Notes: generated by a model not told the origin, from the sequence alone. A DNA stretch of 64,000 nt from a bacterium (GCA_963676395.1 OY781066.1:1728001-1792000); one strand, 5' to 3'. Positions 1 through 11,141 are shown, numbered from the stretch's first letter. Made by a program: numbers and translations.

Positions 1-2
1 GT

Positions 3-1304
3 GATTATCGTGTTTCAACCGCCTATATGTCCAGGGGTGATGGGGCGGTTTTGCATAGCGATGCACCGGCCTATGAAAGTGTTTATCCTCGGAGACAAAC
101 TCATTATACCTATTATTATCCTCGTCATGTTGAGTGGTATGTGCTAAAGAACGATATGAGTAATCTTAATGATCTAAAGCAAGTAATCATGGATCAGGGT
201 GCTGTTGGTACTTGTATGTATGTTGGTTCGGGTTTTCTAAATGATTCAACCGGTATACATTATCAACCTGCATCGGACCAAAATGATCCCAATCACTCAA
301 TTGCCATCGTTGGTTGGAATGATACATTGACGACACAAGCAGATCTACCGGGTGCCTGGTTATGCAAGAATTCCTGGGGAGAAAGCTGGGGCTCGGCATG
401 GCATGGTAGTGGATATTTTTGGATATCGTATTATGATAAACACACAGCCAGGCAGGAGCAAATGGGATTTGTTTCATTTCAGGATGTTGAAGAAATGAAA
501 TACGATACGGTGTATTATCATGATTATCATGGTTGGCGTGATGAGTTGGCCGATGTAGATGAAGTGGCTAATATTTTTAAAGCTGAAGGTAATGATACAC
601 TTAAAGCCGTAAACTTTTTTACCGCTGCTGATTCAGTAAATTGTATAATTCGTGTTTATATGGGTGTGCAAAAAGCTTACGAAAATAATCCGGAGTTGAT
701 CCAAAGCAAATTTTATGCTCATACCGGTTTGCATACCCTTGATCTGGAAAATGCTATCCAACTGACAAAAAATGATACGTTTGTTGTCTCGGTGGAGTTT
801 GATAATAAACTTTATCCATACGATAAAACATCCGAAGTCCCCGTGCTTTTAGATGTGCCGTCCATTTATAATATGGCCCCTCAAAACACCATGGTACCGT
901 CTAAGGCTTCCATGCGTGAGAGCATGTTTAAAGTATATGGACAGTGGTTGGATCTGCAATATTTGGATCAAAGTGCAAATTTTTGCGTTAAAGCTTTGAT
1001 AGATCGCTCGAAAACTCCGTCGGCATTAACACAAAATCCTGTCTCCAACTCCTTTTCCTTGTATCCCAATCCTTCGCCCGGGCGAATACATATTGATTTT
1101 GAATTACCTGCCAGTTCAGAGATTAAGATCACTCTATATGATCTTAGCGGTAGACGCTTGAAAGTCCTTGAAAATGCTCATTATTCAATGGGGTATAATG
1201 TGAAGATCTTTGATTTTTCCGACTTGTCCAATGGCATATATGTTTGTACTTTTGAGATGAATGGAATAATGATGAATATACAAAAACTTATGGTGGTTAA
1301 ATGA
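3..1304 (+). CDS. Papain-like (C1) cysteine peptidase with lectin-like domain and T9SS-like C-terminal sorting domain (5' partial)
   Basis: Catalytic His/Asn motifs NHSIAIVGWND and WLCKNSWG; C-terminal YPNPS...YDLSGR...QKLMVVK; frame is open back to the window edge, so the catalytic Cys region lies upstream. Confidence 0.85.
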   Translation, partial: DYRVSTAYMSRGDGAVLHSDAPAYESVYPRRQTHYTYYYPRHVEWYVLKNDMSNLNDLKQVIMDQGAVGTCMYVGSGFLNDSTGIHYQPASDQNDPNHSIAIVGWNDTLTTQADLPGAWLCKNSWGESWGSAWHGSGYFWISYYDKHTARQEQMGFVSFQDVEEMKYDTVYYHDYHGWRDELADVDEVANIFKAEGNDTLKAVNFFTAADSVNCIIRVYMGVQKAYENNPELIQSKFYAHTGLHTLDLENAIQLTKNDTFVVSVEFDNKLYPYDKTSEVPVLLDVPSIYNMAPQNTMVPSKASMRESMFKVYGQWLDLQYLDQSANFCVKALIDRSKTPSALTQNPVSNSFSLYPNPSPGRIHIDFELPASSEIKITLYDLSGRRLKVLENAHYSMGYNVKIFDFSDLSNGIYVCTFEMNGIMMNIQKLMVVK

Positions 1305-3640
1305 TAAAGAAGTTTGCTGTAATATCTGTTTCCCTATTGGCTTTATTGGCGGCCGCCGAATTTGTATATGACTACGATTTTTCGGCTCCTGTTTTTTCTC
1401 AAAAAGAAGCTCATTTATTGATGGAAGTGGAAAATTGTATGTTACAAGGAATTGAGGGGGAACCGCTTCTGCCTCATCGTGCATTTTCAATTTTACTGCC
1501 TCCCGGCGAATCGCTGGAATCCGTGGAAGTCAGTATTCTTGCTAAAAAAAGCTATCCTCTGATGTTGCCTCTTTTACCCAAACAGGCCGATAGACCTCTA
1601 TCACATGGTAGAAGTGGAAAATTCATGAAAAAAGAAAGTATTTATAGCAAGAATGAATATCGTAGCGAGAAAATTCGCGCACAGGTTCAGTATTTCGGTG
1701 GAGCCGCTGTGGTAACCGGGGCACTCATTCCTGTAAGTTATTTCCCGGCCAAGGGTATGGTTGATTTGAATACAAAGCTCAGTTTAAAAGTGAAAACTAA
1801 TTCTTCTAACCAGGATATTCATTTAGATGCCGGTTTGTTAAAACAATTGGAAGTTATGGTTGATAATCCGGATATGTTGGCAAGTTATTCAGTGCCTGAT
1901 CAAGATGAAAGAGAGCGCATGTTGATCATTTCATCATCGACTTATGAAAGTGTTTTTGATACATTGATCGAGCATTATTCACATTATGGTATCGAAGCGA
2001 ATTTTATGTCTGTAAATGATATCTCGACAAATTACTCTGGTGTTGATCTTCAGGAAAAGATCCGAAATGCTATTAAAGAATATTATATCGTCAATGATTT
2101 GGATTATGTTTTACTGGGTGGAAATATCATGATAGTTCCTGCAAGAGGTTTGAGCTGTCGCGTGCTTTCCGGAGGCAGCTGGATATCTTCTGATAATATT
2201 CCATCGGATCTTTATTATGCTGCGCTGGATGGGACTTGGGATACGAATTTGAATGGTGTTTACGGGGAGTATAATGACACGACCGGCTTTGATGAAGCAG
2301 ATTTAATACCCGAATTAGCCATTGGTCGTTTTCCGGCAAATACCCTTGATGAAATGAAAAATATGATCAACAAATCTTTGTTATACCAACAATCACCTAT
2401 TGTAGATGAAATGGACAAACATGTGTTTTTTGGTGAGTTTTTATGGGGAGATCCCGAAACATGGGCAGCGGATTACATGGAATTACTTATCGGTTCCCGA
2501 AATGATAACGGTTACACTACCGTTGGCTTATCTGAGAATTTAACGATTAATAAATGGTATGATCAAGATAGTTTGGGGTTATGGAGTGAATTAACGGTAA
2601 AAGAAGAATTGGCATCAGGTTATTCATTTCTACATCATGACGGGCATGCAAATTACTCATATATGATGAAGTTTGACCTAAGTGAAGTGAATGATTCCGA
2701 TTTTGTCACGGTTAACGGTATTGACCATACTACACCGGTTTTTTATTCACATGGATGTAGTTGTGGAGGTTTTGATCGTATAGATTGTATAGCTAAAAAG
2801 ATCGTAACTTCTCCATATATCTCTGTGGGTGGAATATTTAACTCACGATACGGTTGGTTTAACGAAGGGCAGACCGAAGGACCTTCTATTCACATACATC
2901 GAGAGTTTGAAGATGCTATTTATGGACATCATTATAATCAATTGGGTAGGGCTTTAAGTTTGTCCCGAGGGGCAACAGCACCCTGGGTGACAGCAATGGG
3001 GCAACATGAACAGAATGCTTTACGTTGGAATTTTTATACCATTAATGTTTTGGGTGATCCTGCCATGCGGATTTACTCACAAAAACCTGTACTTCCTGAG
3101 GTCTTATATGATATAAGTCAATTACATCTTGGGCATCTGTCAGCAATAATTAAAAAAGATGATATTGTGATGGCGGATGCTGGTTTGGCAATTGTGGATA
3201 CCAGCGGTCAGTTGGTCGGTTTTGCCTTGAGTGATGCACGTGGTATCGCAAGTATTGAACTTGATCAAGCTCCGATTGATGGAGAGGTATTACATTTTTA
3301 TGTAAGTGGTGAAAACCTTTTACTGAGTGATACCACCATTGTTTCTAGAGAAAGTTCTATTGATATTGTTGATTCACATGTTTTATTGACTGCATATCCG
3401 AATCCGTTCAATCCCAGTGTGGCAATTTCATATAATATTCCAAGCATGATGAATGTAACAGTAAAATTATATGATGTAAATGGTAGGGTTGTAGATGTAT
3501 TGGCAGAAGGACAGCATATTGCCGGGAACTATCAACTTGATTATCATGCCGGAACACTTTCTTCGGGATTATATATTTGTCGAATAGAATCAGAGAATAT
3601 TGAACACACTGTTTCAAGAAAATTATTATTATTAAAATAA
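1301..3640 (+). CDS. C25 (gingipain-like) cysteine peptidase with propeptide and T9SS-like CTD
   Basis: Signal peptide; GEPLLP propeptide; YVLLGG, SDLYYA, IGRFPA, HDGHAN (His), HGCSCG (Cys), LGDPAM motifs; YPNPFNP CTD. Confidence 0.88.
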   Translation: MIKKFAVISVSLLALLAAAEFVYDYDFSAPVFSQKEAHLLMEVENCMLQGIEGEPLLPHRAFSILLPPGESLESVEVSILAKKSYPLMLPLLPKQADRPLSHGRSGKFMKKESIYSKNEYRSEKIRAQVQYFGGAAVVTGALIPVSYFPAKGMVDLNTKLSLKVKTNSSNQDIHLDAGLLKQLEVMVDNPDMLASYSVPDQDERERMLIISSSTYESVFDTLIEHYSHYGIEANFMSVNDISTNYSGVDLQEKIRNAIKEYYIVNDLDYVLLGGNIMIVPARGLSCRVLSGGSWISSDNIPSDLYYAALDGTWDTNLNGVYGEYNDTTGFDEADLIPELAIGRFPANTLDEMKNMINKSLLYQQSPIVDEMDKHVFFGEFLWGDPETWAADYMELLIGSRNDNGYTTVGLSENLTINKWYDQDSLGLWSELTVKEELASGYSFLHHDGHANYSYMMKFDLSEVNDSDFVTVNGIDHTTPVFYSHGCSCGGFDRIDCIAKKIVTSPYISVGGIFNSRYGWFNEGQTEGPSIHIHREFEDAIYGHHYNQLGRALSLSRGATAPWVTAMGQHEQNALRWNFYTINVLGDPAMRIYSQKPVLPEVLYDISQLHLGHLSAIIKKDDIVMADAGLAIVDTSGQLVGFALSDARGIASIELDQAPIDGEVLHFYVSGENLLLSDTTIVSRESSIDIVDSHVLLTAYPNPFNPSVAISYNIPSMMNVTVKLYDVNGRVVDVLAEGQHIAGNYQLDYHAGTLSSGLYICRIESENIEHTVSRKLLLLK

Positions 3641-4194
3641 TGGAGCCAAGAATGTATACACCGTTTTTATGTGGAAAAAAAGTTGATCTTTGTCCGGTAA
3701 GTGAGGCGGATATTGAAATATTTAAAAAAGGCTACAATGATCCTAATGTTCGTGATGCCATGTTTATGTATTTTCCTTTGACTCAGTCTGAAACTGAGAA
3801 GAAGATCGAGAAAATGGCTGAGAATGAAAAGGCTATAAATTTTGCCATTGTAGATAAAGAAACAAAACAAACCGTCGGACATACGGCATTGGTACATCCA
3901 GACTGGGTTTCTCGCATGATGACCTTTTATATTGTTTTGCTTGATAAAAGTACATGGGGAAAGGGATTTGGTTCCGAAGCAACTCAATTGGTCGTTGATT
4001 ATGGTTTTCAAATGTTAAACCTGAATCGCATTCAGTTGCATGTGAATGCGGAGAATGAACCCGCAAAGGCAGTGTATAAAAAGATTGGATTTCAATACGA
4101 AGGCAATTTGCGTCAGGCTATGTACAAAAATAATAAGTATTATGACTTTTGGTTAATGAGTATTTTAAATGAGGAATATTTTAACAATGATTAA
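3640..4194 (+). CDS. GNAT N-acetyltransferase, RimJ/RimL family
   Basis: WGKGFGSEA acetyl-CoA motif, NEPAKAVYKKIGFQYEG; start overlaps upstream stop (TAATG). Confidence 0.88.
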   Translation: MEPRMYTPFLCGKKVDLCPVSEADIEIFKKGYNDPNVRDAMFMYFPLTQSETEKKIEKMAENEKAINFAIVDKETKQTVGHTALVHPDWVSRMMTFYIVLLDKSTWGKGFGSEATQLVVDYGFQMLNLNRIQLHVNAENEPAKAVYKKIGFQYEGNLRQAMYKNNKYYDFWLMSILNEEYFNND

Positions 4195-4301
4195 AGTGAA
4201 ATTAATTTTACTTTAAGTACCTAACATATTCAGCCTACAAAGCCAAACCATTAAGTTCAACTTGTTATTACGTTTAAAAGTAATCCGGTAAAAAAAAGCG
4301 C

Positions 4302-4330
4302 TTGCCAAAAACAAAATTCCTTATTATAAT
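4302..4330 (+). promoter_or_regulatory. sigma70-type promoter for tRNA-Met
   Basis: TTGCCA-17 nt-TATAAT just upstream of the tRNA. Confidence 0.7.
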
Positions 4331-4345
4331 AGCAGGCTTATTTAT

Positions 4346-4419
4346 GGCGAAGTAGCTCAGTCGGTTAGAGCATCGGAATCATAATCCGAGTGTCCGGGGT
4401 TCGAGTCCCTGCTTCGCTA
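4346..4419 (+). tRNA. tRNA-Met (CAT), elongator type
   Basis: GGCGAAG/CTTCGCT acceptor stem, AGCTCAGTCGGTTAGAGC D-arm, TCGGA-AT CAT AA-TCCGA anticodon arm, GTTCGAGTC T-loop; CCA not encoded. Confidence 0.93.
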
Positions 4420-4420
4420 C

Positions 4421-4455
4421 AGTCCCTGTCTTTAACGGCAGGGATTTCTTGTTTA
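4421..4455 (+). terminator. Intrinsic terminator after tRNA-Met
   Basis: AGTCCCTGTC-TTTAAC-GGCAGGGATT hairpin followed by a T-rich tract. Confidence 0.7.
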
Positions 4456-4613
4456 TAACAAACAATTAGCTGAGGGGGGGTAAGGAGTCAAGAAACGGAA
4501 TTCCATACCCAAAACAATTTTGTTTATCCTATTAACACGTTTGAAAAAACATGAAACATCTTGTCTAAAATCTCGTCAAATTGTAAATTTACTTCCTAAC
4601 ATAAGGAATATTC

Positions 4614-5594
4614 ATGACTACCGTTGAAACATTAAAAAATGTTAATAAACAATACGAAGCCATACGTAAAGAAATTGCAAAAGTGATCATTGGCCAGGAT
4701 GATGTGCTTGAAGCCTTAATGATCGCTTTGTTTTCTAAAGGTCATGCCCAGTTGGTGGGTGTACCGGGTTTGGCAAAGACCTTAATGATACAAACTTTGG
4801 CTGAAGTTATGGATCTTGATTTTCGTCGCATTCAATTTACACCTGATCTAATGCCTTCGGATATAACCGGCACTGAAGTGATTGAAGAGGATCGCAGTTC
4901 GGGACGTCGTGAATTTCGCTTTATTAAAGGGCCGGTTTTTGGTAATATTATTCTTGCCGATGAGATCAACAGAACACCGCCAAAAACACAATCTGCCTTA
5001 TTGGAGGCCATGCAGGAAAAACAGGTAACTGCTGCGGGGCAGTCACATCAGTTGGACGCACCGTTTTTTGTATTGGCAACGCAGAATCCAATTGAGCAAG
5101 AAGGCACTTATCCTTTGCCTGAAGCTCAGCTTGACAGGTTTATGTTTCAACTTTTAGTTGGATATCCCGACATGAATGAAGAAAAAGAGATCGTAAATCG
5201 TACAACTGTAAGTTCTCAAGCGAATATCAAAAAGATCATTTCCAAGAAAGATCTGCTGGCTGTTCAAGAGGCATTAACCGAGATCCCGGTGGCAGAGCAT
5301 ATTGTTGATTATGCTGTTGCCATTGTACGAGCAAGTCGCCCGGATAGCTCCAATGTGGAAATAATACAAAAATATGTTAAATGGGGTGCCGGTCCCCGTG
5401 CTTCACAGTATATGGTCATTGCATCAAAAACCAGAGCCGCTCTATTAGGTAAAATGACCCCCGATGAAGAGGATGTCCGTGCTGTCGCTCCGTTGGTTCT
5501 GCGCCATCGCATTCTTCGCAATTTTAAGGCAGAAGCCGAAGGTGTAAGTGTTGATGCGATCATTGAAGAATTGACTCAGGTAAAGCATGGCTGA
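4614..5594 (+). CDS. moxR: MoxR-family AAA+ ATPase
   Basis: GVPGLAKT Walker A, RIQFTPDLMPSD, ADEINR Walker B, ATQNPIEQEGTYPLPEAQLDRF. Confidence 0.93.
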   Translation: MTTVETLKNVNKQYEAIRKEIAKVIIGQDDVLEALMIALFSKGHAQLVGVPGLAKTLMIQTLAEVMDLDFRRIQFTPDLMPSDITGTEVIEEDRSSGRREFRFIKGPVFGNIILADEINRTPPKTQSALLEAMQEKQVTAAGQSHQLDAPFFVLATQNPIEQEGTYPLPEAQLDRFMFQLLVGYPDMNEEKEIVNRTTVSSQANIKKIISKKDLLAVQEALTEIPVAEHIVDYAVAIVRASRPDSSNVEIIQKYVKWGAGPRASQYMVIASKTRAALLGKMTPDEEDVRAVAPLVLRHRILRNFKAEAEGVSVDAIIEELTQVKHG

Positions 5595-6477
5595 TACCGA
5601 TTATAGTCCGGAAAATATTGTTCATCTTGGGAACCTTCGTTTCAAAGCAAAAACCATTGTAGAAGGTCTTCTGTTGGGGCTTCATCATTCTCCATATCAC
5701 GGCTTTTCCGCCGAATTTTCTCAGCATCGGCAATATATGCCGGGTGATGATATCAAACATATTGATTGGCAGGTTTATGCGAAGACCGATCGTTATTATA
5801 TCAAACAATATGAAGAAGAAACAAATTTGAACACTTATATCATGGTTGATAATTCGGCCTCCATGGGTTTTGCCTCGGAAAAAAATATTTCGAAATTTGA
5901 GTATGCCAGACTGATAGCAGGGGCATTAACATATTTGTTGATAAATCAGAATGATGGAGTTGGGTTGAGTATCTTTAATGATAAACCTGAAATTCTCTAT
6001 CCGCCAAGATCGGTCAGGTCCTATATCAATGAATTATTAATAGCATTGGAAAAAACTCAGTGTTCCAATACAACCGGTACCGGCAAAGCGCTTGAATTAA
6101 TTTGCGAAAAGTTGACTCGTAAAGGACTGGTGATTATGATCTCAGATTTGCTGGATGATAAGGATGAGATCATGAAAGGGTTAAAACATTTACGATATCT
6201 TGGACATGATGTATTAGTTATTCAATTGCTTGATCCTGGAGAATGGGAGCTGAACACAGGACAAAAATATCGCTTCCGGGATCTGGAAAGCAATGAAGAA
6301 ATTAAATTAGATGTTCGACAGATAAAAAAAGAATATCAAAAAAGGATCAGGAATTATTGTGATGAGATCGATCGCGAATGTGGAGAGAATGGGATTGATC
6401 ACAGTTTGATCTTTAGCAATATGGACTGTCGGATCGCTCTGATGGAATTTTTACGTAAACGCGGAAGACTTGCTTAG
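5587..6477 (+). CDS. DUF58 domain protein (MoxR partner, vWA-like)
   Basis: GLHHSPYHGFSAEFSQHRQYMPGDDIKHIDW...YEEE, DNSASM; overlaps moxR. Confidence 0.9.
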   Translation: MADTDYSPENIVHLGNLRFKAKTIVEGLLLGLHHSPYHGFSAEFSQHRQYMPGDDIKHIDWQVYAKTDRYYIKQYEEETNLNTYIMVDNSASMGFASEKNISKFEYARLIAGALTYLLINQNDGVGLSIFNDKPEILYPPRSVRSYINELLIALEKTQCSNTTGTGKALELICEKLTRKGLVIMISDLLDDKDEIMKGLKHLRYLGHDVLVIQLLDPGEWELNTGQKYRFRDLESNEEIKLDVRQIKKEYQKRIRNYCDEIDRECGENGIDHSLIFSNMDCRIALMEFLRKRGRLA

Positions 6478-6608
6478 GCAAAACTTTTCAAGTTTCATCT
6501 TCAATTCTCCATGTTTTATTATTTTCTTTTTTCTTTTTACTTTTAATTTGTACTGGCTATATTTCCTTGCTTAAAATAAAATTGCAAATTCAGGAAGGCT
6601 TTGATTTA

Positions 6609-9600
6609 ATGAGACTTAGAAGATTTCTAATTGCTTTTGTACTTGTTGCAATCGCATTTGCATCGGCTCCTGCCGGTTATTATGATTCAGCGGCCGGATT
6701 AACCGGTTCTTCCTTGCGTCAGGAACTACATAATGTTATTGATGATCATATAGTAAAATCATATGATTATTTGTGGACTGCTTTTGCCACGACTGATATT
6801 CGAACATCATTAGGTTCAGACTATATTTGGTGCATGTATACCGAATTGGAATTTCATCATGATGAAGACCAATCTACAGGTTCGTCCGTTTATACAACCT
6901 ATAACAGGGAACACTCTTGGCCAAAAAGTTGGACCAGCGAATATTCTCCGCATTATACAGATCTTTTTCATTTATATCCCACACAAGCTTACGCAAATTC
7001 AAATCGCTCAAATTTACCTTATGGTGAAGTTGCAACCGGGGCTGAAACATGGGTATCGGAAAATGGAACAAAAAAGGGTCCTGCGAGATCCGGTCTGGGA
7101 TACACCGGTACGGTATTTGAGCCCATTGACGAGTATAAAGGAGATTTTGCACGTACATATTTTTATATTTCAACACGCTATTTGGGAGAGGATAGTACCT
7201 GGGATCCTGCTCATGAATATGAGTATATGGCAATCGGTGCGGAGCTTAAACAATGGGCTGTGGACATGCTTTTGGAATGGCATCATAACGATCCTGTTTC
7301 AACCAAGGAAACAGTGAGAAATGATGAAGTTTATGCTATCCAGAATAATAGGAATCCTTTTATTGATAATCCGGCTTATGCCGATTCAATTTGGTCGTCG
7401 TCCGGTGGCAGTCTTGGTGCACCAGTTGCTCAATCAGCTACATCGATCACAACGAGTGGATTTACCGCAAATTGGAATTCGGTAAGTGGAGCGACCGGTT
7501 ACAAACTCTATGTTTCAACTTTAAGTGATTTTTCTTCATATATTGCAAATTATGGTCCCAAAGATGTCGGTAACGTTACATCAGAGATCCTGACGTCACT
7601 TTCTTCCGGTACGGATTATTATTATCGAGTTAGAGCATATGATGCCTCAAGTGAATCTGCAAATTCAAATGAAATATCGTTGACCACTTCAAGTGGAAGC
7701 GTTGGTGGTTCAGGAGAGGATCATTGGACGGAAAATTTTGATTCCGGTGTTGCAAATGTATATACTACTGGAATACAAACGCTTTCCACTGGTGATTGGT
7801 ATACATCTGATGCATATCAAGAATCAAGTGCGGATTCTCGTGGAGGTGTTGGTCATGCTGTACGTTTAAATGATGATACTAATGGAGCAAGCTTAAGAAC
7901 TCCCGCCGTTAATACAGTCGGAACCGTTACTTTCTATTATCGCGAATTAAACAGTGGTGGTGGCACTTTTATTCTTGAAAAGAGCTATAATAATTCTGAC
8001 TGGACACAGGTAACAACTCAAGCATTTTCAGGTGAGACTTATACTGAATTTTCATATGCTGTTAATGATGCCGCTTCAACAATATATTTACGTGTAGTAA
8101 ATGATAATCAGGCCGGACATTTAATTATTGATGATTTTACAGTTAATAGTTATTCTGCTGCCGATCCCGAACCTACAAATCATCCATCATCATTTATTTC
8201 ACCATCTAAAACAGAAAGTTCAATTACATTGACCTGGAGTGATAATGATGGTGCACAGATAGCGGCAGGATTTCTTGTCAAGGCCAGTACGGGATCTGTT
8301 ATAGATCCTATTGATGGTACCGCAGAATCAAATGATATCGATCTATCTGATGGTTCAGGTGCAGTGAATGTTTCGCATGGGATAGAAACTTATGAATGGA
8401 CCGGATTAACTGAGAATCAAACTTATAATTTCAAAATATTTGCTTACACAAACTCGGATACTAGTATAGACTACAAAACAGCATCTGCTCCTTCAGTTAG
8501 TGTCACAACGGATGAGGCTGTAGCGGCGGCAGAAGATTTTATCGAAGATTTTAGTACCGGTGATAAATATACCGTTACTTTGGGTAGTGAAGGACAAGGC
8601 GGTAGCGAGGATTATTTTATTAGAACGGATGATAATCTGGGGCATAATATTTCACCTGCTTATCTGGAGGCTGATGGATATTTCTTTGCGGCACAAGATA
8701 TTGATGATGTTGGTTGGGTAGGATCTGCATCACCTTCGGAATTAACTTGGACCGGTATTGATATATCTGGAAATAGTGCAACACAACTGTCTATAGATTT
8801 TGCTTCTATTGCAACACTTAAAATTGATGTAGCAGATTATGTTCATGTTCAATATCGAATTGATGGAGGTTCTTGGACAAACATTCTTGCATTTGAAAAT
8901 GACGGGACTCAATATAATACAAGATTTTATGAAGATACAAATTTTGATGGGAATGGTGACGGAAGCGCTTTAAGCAGTACATTTACTACTTTTACAAAAG
9001 ATATTACCGGTACGGGTTCTACATTGGATGTTAAAATTATTGTGGCCGTTGATGCCGGTGGTGAAGATGTTGCTTTTGATAATCTAATCATCAGCAATAG
9101 TGGCGGTGCAACACCCATTTGTCTTTCAAGCTTTACAGCTGAAGCCAAGAACGGTGTGGTTGAATTATCATGGGAAACCGCATCAGAAACCAATAACGCT
9201 CAGTTTTTGATTTATAGGAATGATAAAGAAATTGCAAGCGTAGAAGGTGCCGGGACAACAACAGGAACCACGTACTATAACTATGTGGACGCTACAGTTG
9301 TGCCGGGTATCACGTATACTTATGTGTTAGCTGATGTTGATTATGCTAATATCTTAACTTATTATGACGACAAAGCGATTACACTGGTTATTGAAGATGA
9401 CCTTGCCGAAGCTGATTTTAAGATCGGTGCTGCTTATCCCAATCCTTTTAATCCCTCAGCACTTATTCCGATTGAATTATCACGCGAAGCTGTTGTGGAA
9501 GCTAAACTCTATACACTGGCGGGTCGTGAAATTGCAACACTGGCAAATGGTACCATGAATGCCGGTGTGCATGAACTTTGTATTGCAGCAGATAACATGA

Positions 9601-9674
9601 CAACAGGTCTTTATCTTGTAAAAGTTATGATTGAAAATGTGATTGATGTACAAAAGGTTGTGTTTGTAAAATAA
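6609..9674 (+). CDS. Secreted endonuclease I-family nuclease with FN3 domains and T9SS-like CTD
   Basis: NREHSWPKSW, TDLFHLYP, KGDFARTYFY, QNNRNPFIDNP nuclease motifs; FN3 repeats; YPNPFNP CTD; ATG at 6609 gives a clean signal peptide. Confidence 0.88.
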   Translation: MRLRRFLIAFVLVAIAFASAPAGYYDSAAGLTGSSLRQELHNVIDDHIVKSYDYLWTAFATTDIRTSLGSDYIWCMYTELEFHHDEDQSTGSSVYTTYNREHSWPKSWTSEYSPHYTDLFHLYPTQAYANSNRSNLPYGEVATGAETWVSENGTKKGPARSGLGYTGTVFEPIDEYKGDFARTYFYISTRYLGEDSTWDPAHEYEYMAIGAELKQWAVDMLLEWHHNDPVSTKETVRNDEVYAIQNNRNPFIDNPAYADSIWSSSGGSLGAPVAQSATSITTSGFTANWNSVSGATGYKLYVSTLSDFSSYIANYGPKDVGNVTSEILTSLSSGTDYYYRVRAYDASSESANSNEISLTTSSGSVGGSGEDHWTENFDSGVANVYTTGIQTLSTGDWYTSDAYQESSADSRGGVGHAVRLNDDTNGASLRTPAVNTVGTVTFYYRELNSGGGTFILEKSYNNSDWTQVTTQAFSGETYTEFSYAVNDAASTIYLRVVNDNQAGHLIIDDFTVNSYSAADPEPTNHPSSFISPSKTESSITLTWSDNDGAQIAAGFLVKASTGSVIDPIDGTAESNDIDLSDGSGAVNVSHGIETYEWTGLTENQTYNFKIFAYTNSDTSIDYKTASAPSVSVTTDEAVAAAEDFIEDFSTGDKYTVTLGSEGQGGSEDYFIRTDDNLGHNISPAYLEADGYFFAAQDIDDVGWVGSASPSELTWTGIDISGNSATQLSIDFASIATLKIDVADYVHVQYRIDGGSWTNILAFENDGTQYNTRFYEDTNFDGNGDGSALSSTFTTFTKDITGTGSTLDVKIIVAVDAGGEDVAFDNLIISNSGGATPICLSSFTAEAKNGVVELSWETASETNNAQFLIYRNDKEIASVEGAGTTTGTTYYNYVDATVVPGITYTYVLADVDYANILTYYDDKAITLVIEDDLAEADFKIGAAYPNPFNPSALIPIELSREAVVEAKLYTLAGREIATLANGTMNAGVHELCIAADNMTTGLYLVKVMIENVIDVQKVVFVK

Positions 9675-9705
9675 TAAAGCTCTAAGCTAACATAAACGAT
9701 TATAC

Positions 9706-9733
9706 TGGCGGACTTTTATGTTCGCCATTTTTT
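9706..9733 (+). terminator. Intrinsic terminator
   Basis: TGGCGGAC-TTTTAT-GTTCGCCA hairpin plus T tract. Confidence 0.65.
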
Positions 9734-9925
9734 AATCTCTTAAAAAATGAAATTTATATAGGTAATTCTAAAATCGCTCGACATCTGGCTAATAGCGGTT
9801 ATTAAGTTCAATCTTAAAAGGTGTAATATTTTGTTCTTTGTCATCTCTAAATATTTCCCTAATTTATCGCGACTAATTAAAAGTGACTTAATTACAGTTA
9901 AAACATAACAATAAGTGAGGAAAAT

Positions 9926-11122
9926 ATGGCCGCACCTCGTGGAGAAAGACTCATCATAACTTTACTTGGACGACGCAATGTAGGTAAATCTTCATTGATC
10001 AATGGTATCACCGAGCAGGATATTTCTATTGTATCAAAAACGCCCGGTACAACAACTGATGCCGTTGCTAAACATTATGAACTAATTCCCGTAGGTCCTG
10101 TAACCTTTTATGATACAGCCGGTATTGATGATATTGGTGAACTTGGCGAACAGCGCGTAAAGGCAACTCGTCGCGTGCTATGGCGCTCTGATATGGTACT
10201 GCTTGTATTTGATAAAGAGACTTTGGATGATCAAGACAAAAATACTATTCAAGAACTTAAAGGAATGGATATTCCTTTTCTTATTATTTTTAATAAAGCA
10301 GATCTTTATCAACCAAAAGCTGAAACGCTGAAATATTTAGATGACGAAGAATTAGTCTACATTTCAGTGACTTCGAGTAATAGTGATGACATGGTCGATC
10401 TTCGTGAAAAATTGATTGATTTGGTTCCTGAATATTTTAAAAAAGAACCGGTTATTATCGGTGATATTATTAACGAAGGTGATGTCGTCGTTTTGATCAT
10501 TCCTATTGATCAGGAAGCGCCAAGGGGTAGGATTATTTTGCCACAGATGCAGGTGCTACGTGAGGTTTTAGATAACAATGCTATCGCTGTTACTGTTCAA
10601 GATACTGAAGTTAAAGAGGCCTTTAAAAGTCTAGGCAAAAAAGCAAAATTGGCAATTACGGATTCTCAGGCAGTGCTTCAAGCTGCCGCTGATACACCTG
10701 AAGATGTACCTTTTACAACTTTTTCGACTGCTTTTGCTCGTTACAAAGCAGACCTTGGCGTATTGTTGGAGGGTCTTAAAAAGTTGGATGATCTTAAGAA
10801 TGGTGATAAACTGCTTATTGCTGAAGCATGTTCACATCATGTGAATTGCGATGATATTGGTCGTTATAAAATCCCCAAATGGATCGAAGAATATACCGGT
10901 AAAAAACTAGAGTACGAAATTGCTGTGGGTCATGATTATCCCGATGATTTGACTCCTTATGATTTAATTATTCACTGTGGTGGTTGTATGAATACCGGAC
11001 TTGAATACAAGCGTCGTATTCGCCATGCACATGCTCAGGGTGTTCCTATCACAAATTATGGTATTTTGATCTCTAAGACTCAAGGGTTACTTGATAGAGT
11101 TGTGAAGCCTTTTGGATTTTAA
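9926..11122 (+). CDS. hydF: [FeFe]-hydrogenase H-cluster maturation GTPase HydF
   Basis: GRRNVGKSS, DTAG and NKAD GTPase motifs; APRGRIILPQ; CSHH...HCGGC Fe-S ligands. Confidence 0.93.
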   Translation: MAAPRGERLIITLLGRRNVGKSSLINGITEQDISIVSKTPGTTTDAVAKHYELIPVGPVTFYDTAGIDDIGELGEQRVKATRRVLWRSDMVLLVFDKETLDDQDKNTIQELKGMDIPFLIIFNKADLYQPKAETLKYLDDEELVYISVTSSNSDDMVDLREKLIDLVPEYFKKEPVIIGDIINEGDVVVLIIPIDQEAPRGRIILPQMQVLREVLDNNAIAVTVQDTEVKEAFKSLGKKAKLAITDSQAVLQAAADTPEDVPFTTFSTAFARYKADLGVLLEGLKKLDDLKNGDKLLIAEACSHHVNCDDIGRYKIPKWIEEYTGKKLEYEIAVGHDYPDDLTPYDLIIHCGGCMNTGLEYKRRIRHAHAQGVPITNYGILISKTQGLLDRVVKPFGF

Positions 11123-11141
11123 TGTTTTCATTATGAATTAT

